Of a DNA stretch of 32,095 nt, positions 18,411 through 24,316 are shown in pieces; positions within the stretch are counted from its first letter, which is position 1, and the number at the start of each line of letters is the position of its first letter. The notes beneath the pieces were generated by a model. It made no database searches. It was not told where the DNA came from and saw nothing but the letters and a program-made list of their open reading frames with translations. The position numbers and the translations under genes are program-made. This DNA comes from a virus (taxonomy: Duplodnaviria > Caudoviricetes). Location: positions 1 through 32,095 of the IMG/VR virus record IMGVR_UViG_3300032330_001602. One strand, written 5' to 3'.

Positions 18411-18417
18411 TATTTAT
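18411..18417 (-). promoter_or_regulatory. T4-type late promoter for the adenylate-forming enzyme
   Basis: cATAAATA on the minus strand, about 30 nt upstream of ATG 18381. Confidence 0.45.
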
Positions 18418-18427
18418 GAGGTTAAAA

Positions 18428-18640
18428 ATGTTTTATGAAAAAGTTATGAGAAGTTTAGGAAAAGTTGTAACATGGAGAATTTTAGTTACAATTACTAACT
18501 TTGTGGGTGGGTGGTTAGCAAGTGGTTCTTGGAAAGTAGGAATCGGCGTTGTTAGTTTTGCTTTAGTAGTTAATAGTATATTATATTTTTTCCATGAAAG
18601 AATTTGGAATAAAGTTGAAAAAGGCAAGATTGCCAAATAG
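18428..18640 (+). CDS. DUF2061-like small membrane protein
   Basis: E...RSL.K..TWR...YFFHER.W..V; GAGG RBS before ATG 18428. Confidence 0.75.
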   Translation: MFYEKVMRSLGKVVTWRILVTITNFVGGWLASGSWKVGIGVVSFALVVNSILYFFHERIWNKVEKGKIAK

Positions 18641-18642
18641 TA

Positions 18643-18671
18643 TTGACAAATTAATAATTATATGATAGGAT
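18643..18671 (+). promoter_or_regulatory. Sigma70-type promoter
   Basis: TTGACA, 17-nt spacer, TGaTAGGAT; intergenic and 6 nt before ATG 18678. Confidence 0.65.
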
Positions 18672-18677
18672 TACAGA

Positions 18678-19331
18678 ATGTTTACATATTGTCCACCAAA
18701 ACCACTTCAAGACCTTCAATCAACTACATTTCCTGACGGCAAAAGATATTATACTTTACCTGATGGAACTCGATTACCTTCCGTTACTACCGTACTAGGT
18801 GCACAAAAGAAAGAAGCCATTATGGCATGGCGAAAGAGAGTTGGTGAAGAAAAAGCTAATGCTATCTCAAAGAAGGCCTCAGGTCGTGGTACTAATGTTC
18901 ATACTCTCTGTGAAAGATACCTCAATAATGAATCGTTAGGTGATATTATGCCTGATGCTAAAGAGATGTTTCTATCATTAAAACCAACACTCAATCGTAT
19001 CAATAATATACACTATCAAGAACAAGCTCTATGGTCAACACAGTTAGGTATGGCAGGTCGTACAGATTGTATTGCTGAGTTCGATAGCGAGTTGTCCTCG
19101 ATTGATTTTAAGACATCTGCACGTATTAAAACAAGAGAAGATATATTAGATTACTTTTGGCAAACAACAGCTTACGCTTTGATGTACGAAGAACTCATTG
19201 GAACTCCTATAAATAAATTGGTAGTCATTATGGCTGTTGAAAATAGTACACCTCTTATTTTCATAGAAAAAACGGAAGACCACATAGATGGTTTAGTTGA
19301 GGCGATTCAGTTTTATAAAGGACAATTATGA
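18678..19331 (+). CDS. PD-(D/E)XK (RecB/Cas4-like) exonuclease of T4-like phages
   Basis: RYY..PDG...PSVTTV, WR.RVG, RGT..H...E.YL, AGR.D.I.....IDFKTS and Q..AY..M. Confidence 0.85.
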   Translation: MFTYCPPKPLQDLQSTTFPDGKRYYTLPDGTRLPSVTTVLGAQKKEAIMAWRKRVGEEKANAISKKASGRGTNVHTLCERYLNNESLGDIMPDAKEMFLSLKPTLNRINNIHYQEQALWSTQLGMAGRTDCIAEFDSELSSIDFKTSARIKTREDILDYFWQTTAYALMYEELIGTPINKLVVIMAVENSTPLIFIEKTEDHIDGLVEAIQFYKGQL

Positions 19332-20038
19332 AAAAGTTATTACTACTAGCAATACTATTACCATTATCAGTATTTGCTCAAATCAATCAACAATGTCCAC
19401 AGTTTACAGTCAATGGAACTCCACAATACAGAGCTCAACCAGGTGACCAAGAAATTTGTCACCTAAATTATGCGGTGATTCATCGTTGTTCTGTTAAAGC
19501 ACCTGTTGCTGTATTTGAACATTTAACTCCAGCTGCCATGACAGGTCCAGCAAAACGTAAAGATAACTTTAGACCTGACCCATTTGTAACACCTAGTTGT
19601 TCCGCTAGTTTAGCTGATTATGCTATTGTAGGTAAAACACATGACCGTGGACATATGGCGCCCGCAGGTAACAATACACAAAATGATGCTATTATGAGTG
19701 AGAGTTTCTTTTTAAGTAATATGGTAGCACAAGTGGCAAATAATAATCGTGGTATCTGGAAACAATTAGAAACATGGGAACGCCAATGGGCTTTGGCACC
19801 TAATACAGATTTTTATATTATCTCTGGTGGTATTTTTGACCAAGACCATCCTGTAATTGGTAACGGATTAGGCATTCCAACACGTTTATACAAGGTCATT
19901 ATTGAAAAGAACAGTAGACAAGTACAGGCGTATTTAATGCCAAATAGTGCGCTTCCAGTTGCGGATTTACCAAAATATCAAGTAAATATGACCGTTATTG
20001 AGCAGGCAACTGGTATGAAATTCAATTTAGGTCAATAA
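19328..20038 (+). CDS. Exported DNA/RNA non-specific endonuclease (NucA/EndoG family)
   Basis: Signal peptide MKKLLLLAILLPLSVFA; F..DP, DRGHMAP, ESF.LSNM.AQ, NRG.W..LE and IP...YK. Confidence 0.9.
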   Translation: MKKLLLLAILLPLSVFAQINQQCPQFTVNGTPQYRAQPGDQEICHLNYAVIHRCSVKAPVAVFEHLTPAAMTGPAKRKDNFRPDPFVTPSCSASLADYAIVGKTHDRGHMAPAGNNTQNDAIMSESFFLSNMVAQVANNNRGIWKQLETWERQWALAPNTDFYIISGGIFDQDHPVIGNGLGIPTRLYKVIIEKNSRQVQAYLMPNSALPVADLPKYQVNMTVIEQATGMKFNLGQ

Positions 20039-20053
20039 ATACCACTTTACTGC

Positions 20054-20082
20054 TTGACATTTACTAAATATTAGTGTATAAT
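20054..20082 (+). promoter_or_regulatory. Consensus sigma70 promoter with embedded late-promoter motif
   Basis: TTGACA-17-TATAAT, with CTAAATA (20064-20070) in the spacer. Confidence 0.8.
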
Positions 20083-20088
20083 AGAATT

Positions 20089-20229
20089 ATGAAACTTAAA
20101 AAATTAATCCATAAATTGTACGAGGCGTGTTTATATCATCATACCGAATTAGAGAAAAAAATCTATATGAAAATATTGAAGAAATCTCTAAAGAAGAAAG
20201 ATGAAGCAAAAACAAATTCTGTACAATAA
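20089..20229 (+). CDS. Small basic protein (46 aa, probably leaderless, not in ORF track)
   Basis: MKLKKLIHKLYEACLYHHTELEKKIYMKILKKSLKKKDEAKTNSVQ; ATG lies 6 nt after the -10 box. Confidence 0.55.
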   Translation: MKLKKLIHKLYEACLYHHTELEKKIYMKILKKSLKKKDEAKTNSVQ

Positions 20230-20231
20230 AA

Positions 20232-20541
20232 AATTCGTAGAAGTTGTTTGAAAGTTTGGTAAGACCTCGGGGCAGTACCGAGCAGGTCCACCATAAAGAG
20301 TATTGAGTTGGCATGGGCTGAAATGCCGCAAACAGTATTCTTTATAATGGGCCTGAAATAGATATCGATTGCCTGATTAGTATAACAATGGAGAATCGTC
20401 AAAGCTAAAGACGTTAGGGTTGAGGATACTCGGCCAAAGAAGCAAAAAATATAAATGCAAATGACGAAAGTTATGCACTAGCTGCCTGATTCAGGTAAGT
20501 AGGAGTTTCGTAAGGTGAACTTGGCAACAGAATCATCTTAC
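20232..20541 (+). ncRNA. ssrA: Circularly permuted (two-piece) tmRNA gene
   Basis: The acceptor piece ends GAC-CTCGG-GGCAGTA-CCGAG-CAGGTCC-A-CCA (to 20293). The coding piece starts GGGCCTG (20349) and pairs with it, giving G3:U70 and A73. Resume context ATAAAT-GCA; tag ANDESYALAA-TGA at 20457-20489. Outer ends approximate. Confidence 0.9.
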
Positions 20542-20590
20542 ATTTTAGTAGTATAACACACAGTAGTTTACACACAAAAAGGAGAAGTAA

Positions 20591-20869
20591 ATGTCTATGA
20601 CACCCTATGAGATTCGGCTAGAACTCTTAAAAATGGCCAAAGATATGTTAACTGATAACTATCACACACAACGTGATGCGTTACAACAAGATTGGCATAT
20701 CAAAGTAGATGCAGCTAAAATTGCTGGTACAGAATCACCACAGTATCCAATTTTACCGCATTTTCCCACAGAAGATGAAATCATTAAGAAAGCTGAAGCT
20801 CTCAATGGTTTTGTTTCTCAAACACCTCCAGCAACACCTGAAGTAAAATCGAAGAAGTCACATTCGTAA
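20591..20869 (+). CDS. Conserved T4-like phage hypothetical protein
   Basis: AAGGAG RBS; MTPYEIRLELLKMAKDML...FPTE.EII.KA..LN.FVS. Confidence 0.8.
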   Translation: MSMTPYEIRLELLKMAKDMLTDNYHTQRDALQQDWHIKVDAAKIAGTESPQYPILPHFPTEDEIIKKAEALNGFVSQTPPATPEVKSKKSHS

Positions 20870-20878
20870 TTGGAGACT

Positions 20879-20900
20879 TTGGCTGGTTTCGACCGGCCAA
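20879..20900 (+). other. Intergenic UUCG-loop hairpin without U-tract
   Basis: TTGGCTGGT-TTCG-ACCGGCCAA: 9-bp stem with one G:U pair, just upstream of the RBS. Confidence 0.6.
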
Positions 20901-20917
20901 TTCAACAAGGAGATATA

Positions 20918-21439
20918 ATGTTCGCATCAAAATCAAAAAGTATTGCCGCATTACTAATAGTGTTCATTTTAGCCTATACAATTCCAACTGTAGCACAAAG
21001 TTACATGGAAGACCAGATACAAACACAAGTATCTGCCGATTTCACCAAACAATTAAATTGCCTCACAAACAATATTTACTTTGAGGCTGCCACAGAATCA
21101 TTCGAAGGTAAATTGGCCGTAGCACAGGTGACTTTGAACCGTGCCAATAATCCTAATTTTCCTTCTACCATTTGTGAAGTTGTTTACCAAAGAACACTTA
21201 CACCAAATAGAATTATTGTTTGCCAATTCTCATGGACTTGCCTTAAAAATATGGTCGTAAGAGACAAGTACGCATGGCAAGAATCGGAAATAGTTGCTCG
21301 TAAAGCATTGACAGAACCATATGTACATGATACAATAGCAAGAACAAATGCGATGTATTATCATGCCGTTTATGTAAACCCTGGATGGAATCTAAAAAGG
21401 GTATTACGAATCGGTCAACACATATTTTATAAGAATTGA
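20918..21439 (+). CDS. SleB-like cell wall hydrolase (Hydrolase_2) with signal peptide
   Basis: CL..NIYFEA..E...GK.AVAQV.LNR....FP..IC.VVYQ, CQFSW, YYHA.YV.P.W and IG.HIFY; AAGGAG RBS before ATG 20918. Confidence 0.9.
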   Translation: MFASKSKSIAALLIVFILAYTIPTVAQSYMEDQIQTQVSADFTKQLNCLTNNIYFEAATESFEGKLAVAQVTLNRANNPNFPSTICEVVYQRTLTPNRIIVCQFSWTCLKNMVVRDKYAWQESEIVARKALTEPYVHDTIARTNAMYYHAVYVNPGWNLKRVLRIGQHIFYKN

Positions 21440-21440
21440 T

Positions 21441-21662
21441 ATGCCTACAAAAGATGAGATTTTAGAATTTAGTATAATGATTAAAGAATTATCGGTAAAC
21501 AAAAAACTTGGATTGATGGACGCTATTTGTCATCATTGTAAAGAAAGTGGCCTTGAAGTTGAAGTTGCGGCCACTCTCATATCTTCTGCTTTGAAATCTG
21601 AGATTAGAGAAGAAGCACAAGATTTAAATTTATTAAAGAAAACATCCAAATTACCAATATGA
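21441..21662 (+). CDS. 33: Late promoter transcription co-activator gp33
   Basis: FS..I........MDAI...C...LE.E..A.LIS..LK..I..EA..LNLL.K...LPI, in conserved position before gp59/gp32. Confidence 0.85.
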   Translation: MPTKDEILEFSIMIKELSVNKKLGLMDAICHHCKESGLEVEVAATLISSALKSEIREEAQDLNLLKKTSKLPI

Positions 21663-22231
21663 ACGAGGGAACAGTCATGTCAGAAAATCATTTTTATGCA
21701 ACAGAAATCTCTAGTCCGTTAGGCAGATTGTTTAACGATATGAAACTTGAGATGTTTGCAGGGTCCGCCGGCAAGGACAACGACCAATATCAAATTAATA
21801 TTAGTCAATCGTTAATCAATGAAGATCCATTTTTATCGTTTATGCATCCGCATTGTAAGGGTATAATGGGTATGCTTATGTTGCCACCATCTAATATGTA
21901 TAACTGGCATGTAGACCGAAGAAATGCGTGCAATCTAAATTATATAAATTGTACTAAAAATAAACATACATTTTTTCTGGCGCAAAACGCAGAAGAACAC
22001 TCTTATTTTAATAACCCAATTCCAATTGATAAAATTGTCGGATATAAGCCACTTGTAGAAATGAAAATCAATCCTCAACAATGGGTTGCGTTGAATTCGC
22101 AAAATCTTCATGCGGGCATTAACTTTGATAACGAACCAAAATTTTTACTACAGTACTGTATCAAATTAACAAGTGGGTTAAGTTATTTTAATGTATTAGA
22201 GTTAATTAAACAATACGAAGCATTAAAGTGA
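21659..22231 (+). CDS. Cupin/2OG-Fe(II) dioxygenase-like protein inserted between gp33 and gp59
   Basis: P...Y.WHVD.R...LN and LN.Q..H...N. True start may be ATG 21677. Confidence 0.7.
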   Translation: MNEGTVMSENHFYATEISSPLGRLFNDMKLEMFAGSAGKDNDQYQINISQSLINEDPFLSFMHPHCKGIMGMLMLPPSNMYNWHVDRRNACNLNYINCTKNKHTFFLAQNAEEHSYFNNPIPIDKIVGYKPLVEMKINPQQWVALNSQNLHAGINFDNEPKFLLQYCIKLTSGLSYFNVLELIKQYEALK

Positions 22232-22243
22232 ACGAGGGAACAG
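21660..22243 (+). repeat. 15-bp perfect direct repeat TGAACGAGGGAACAG
   Basis: Copies at 21660-21674 and 22229-22243 flank the oxygenase gene. Confidence 0.9.
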
Positions 22244-22827
22244 GTTTTGCAGCCTTTGCTTTATATAATGCTTTGAAGTTGCACTTTACATCAAAATCTT
22301 ATGATTACTTTAAGTATAATGGTAAGACTAATGTGAGTAAAACTACATTTGCTTCTCGCAAAGACAAGTATTCATTCTACAAACTTAGCCGTAAATATTC
22401 TTTAGATGAATTAAAACAATTCTATATTGCTAATTTTTTAGAAGGTGATAAGTGGATTGGTGAAATGACCAATGCTGAAGGTGAAGATGCCTATAAAAAG
22501 TGGTTAAAACGGCAACAGAGCTTGACTTATATTTTTGAGAATGATATTCTATACCTTGTGGATCATTTTGAAGATGATAAAGAGGATATTATTAAAGTAC
22601 ATAACGGTGAACATCCAAATTTATTAGGATTATTGATGCGAGATAAGGTATCAATAGAGACCGTTATTATTATGAATGATATGTTAAATTTTTGGCCAAT
22701 GTGGACAAAAAAGATTAAAGAGGATATTATTTGGCCAATATGGCAAATACAAATTGAAAAGTATACGCCATTTGTTCAATATGATAAAGAAGTTTTTAAA
22801 AATATATTAGTGAAAAATTTTAGATGA
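22228..22827 (+). CDS. 59: Helicase loader gp59
   Basis: Y.ALKLHFT...YDYFKY.GK, F..RKD.Y.F.KL.RK, FYIANF, ISIET and KY.PF; GTG start. Confidence 0.9.
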   Translation: MNEGTGFAAFALYNALKLHFTSKSYDYFKYNGKTNVSKTTFASRKDKYSFYKLSRKYSLDELKQFYIANFLEGDKWIGEMTNAEGEDAYKKWLKRQQSLTYIFENDILYLVDHFEDDKEDIIKVHNGEHPNLLGLLMRDKVSIETVIIMNDMLNFWPMWTKKIKEDIIWPIWQIQIEKYTPFVQYDKEVFKNILVKNFR

Positions 22828-23300
22828 AAAATATATACCTTGATATGGATGGTGTGATTGCTGACTTTGATAAAAGATATATTGAATTATTTAATATTAC
22901 CACAAAGCAATCTGAAAGAGATAAAAAGTGGGTACAATTCTTTGATAAATTTATTGAAGAAAAACATTTTGCCACATTAGATTTAATGCCAGAAGCCGTA
23001 GAATTGATGGACTATTTAAAAAGTACCGGTATACCAATTATTATTCTTAGTTCCACTTCAAGTGAAAATCGTGACGATAAAATACGACCACAAAAGATGG
23101 AGTGGTTAAAGAAACATAAGATAGACTTCCCTGTAATCCTAGTACCTGGTGCACGCCTAAAGAAAGATTACGCAACTCCAGATTCTATTCTAATAGATGA
23201 TACTAGCAAGAATATTGATGACTGGAGGAGAGAAGGTGGTATTGGTATACTTTATGAAAATTTGTTGCATACACGCATAATAATGTCAATGTACACTTGA
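22824..23300 (+). CDS. HAD-family 5'(3')-deoxyribonucleotidase-like protein
   Basis: YLDMDGV.ADF, ILSS, K..WL, K..YA....LIDD...N...W...GG.GI. Confidence 0.85.
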   Translation: MKNIYLDMDGVIADFDKRYIELFNITTKQSERDKKWVQFFDKFIEEKHFATLDLMPEAVELMDYLKSTGIPIIILSSTSSENRDDKIRPQKMEWLKKHKIDFPVILVPGARLKKDYATPDSILIDDTSKNIDDWRREGGIGILYENLLHTRIIMSMYT

Positions 23301-23326
23301 CAAACGCCTAAATAAAATGATATACT
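23297..23326 (+). promoter_or_regulatory. Sigma70-type promoter of gene 32 with embedded late motif
   Basis: TTGACA, 18-nt spacer, TGaTATACT; CTAAATA at 23308-23314. Confidence 0.7.
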
Positions 23327-23393
23327 AGCAGTTGATTATGAGTAGTTATTGAAAATATTCCGTTTATACACCGTTAATACGAAAGGAAGTACA

Positions 23394-24269
23394 ATGAGTT
23401 TTGCAAATCTCAAACGCCAATCAGGCAATCTGGATAAACTATCCAAAGCAATCGAAGCATTAAACACTCCCACAGAAGGTTCAGAAAAATCAGATAATTT
23501 CTGGCGTCCAGAAGTAGACAAAGCAGGTAATGGCATGGCTGTTATTCGTTTTCTACCTGCCGCAGAAGCTGATGGTGATGATGCCTTACCTTGGGTTAAA
23601 GTATTCTCACATGGATTCCAAGGTCCTGGTGGTTGGCTAATTGATAATTGTTTAACGACAATGAATCAACAATGTCCAGTATGTGAGCATAATTCTACAT
23701 TATGGAATTCAGGTATTGAAGCAAACAAAGAAGTTGTCCGTAAACAAAAACGTAAGTTGAATTATATTGCTAACGTATACATCATTTCGGATCCAAAACA
23801 TCCTGAAAATGAAGGACAAGTAAAATTGTTTAAGTTTGGTAAGAAAATCTTTGATAAGATTACCGAAGCAATGAATCCACAATTTGAAGATGAGCAAGCA
23901 ATTAATCCATTTGATTTATGGAAAGGTGCTAACTTCAAGTTGAAGATTCGTAAAGTAGAAGGCTATCAGAATTATGATAAGTCTGAATTTGAATCAGCAT
24001 CTCCATTATTAAATGATGATGATGCAATGGAAGCAATTTGGAAGAAAGAATACTCTTTAACAGAAATGACTAAAGAGAGTGAGTTTAAAACTTATGATGC
24101 GTTGAAACAACGTTTAGATAAAGTACTTGGTCTGAATGGTGAAGTAATTAAACCAAAGACTACAGTAGAACAACTTAAAGAAGCACCTAAGAAGCCAGTT
24201 GTTGAACCTGCTTTATCTGAAGATGATGATGATATTTCCTATTTTGCTAAATTAGCTGAAGAAGATTAA
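23394..24269 (+). CDS. 32: Single-stranded DNA-binding protein gp32
   Basis: FW.P..DK.GNG.AVIRFLP, H.F...C....CPVCE Zn site, FGKKIFDKI, NYD.SEF and acidic tail; AAGGAAG RBS before ATG 23394. Confidence 0.95.
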   Translation: MSFANLKRQSGNLDKLSKAIEALNTPTEGSEKSDNFWRPEVDKAGNGMAVIRFLPAAEADGDDALPWVKVFSHGFQGPGGWLIDNCLTTMNQQCPVCEHNSTLWNSGIEANKEVVRKQKRKLNYIANVYIISDPKHPENEGQVKLFKFGKKIFDKITEAMNPQFEDEQAINPFDLWKGANFKLKIRKVEGYQNYDKSEFESASPLLNDDDAMEAIWKKEYSLTEMTKESEFKTYDALKQRLDKVLGLNGEVIKPKTTVEQLKEAPKKPVVEPALSEDDDDISYFAKLAEED

Positions 24270-24293
24270 TTAAGAATCCCGTGCAAGTACTAC

Positions 24294-24316
24294 ACCCCGC
24301 TTCGGCGGGGTTTTTT
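24294..24316 (+). terminator. Rho-independent terminator
   Basis: ACCCCGC-TTCG-GCGGGG-TTTTTT at the convergence of the replication and late blocks. Confidence 0.9.

Noticed and set aside
3108-18677. Island as an integrative or transposable element
   Set aside because: No integrase or transposase, and no flanking direct repeats found by eye.
18678-19331. Cas4 / CRISPR-associated locus
   Set aside because: No Fe-S Cys cluster, no array and no cas genes; it fits the ordinary T4-like exonuclease.
20262-20293. Stand-alone tRNA-Ala or an attP-like tRNA 3' fragment
   Set aside because: There is no anticodon arm. Its pairing partner and the tag frame lie downstream, which a permuted tmRNA explains, and no integrase is nearby.
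20096-20402. Two minus-strand ORFs (72 and 79 aa)
   Set aside because: They are antisense to the tmRNA and its promoter-proximal ORF.
20879-20900. Intrinsic terminator
   Set aside because: The hairpin lacks a U-tract; it is kept only as a structural element.
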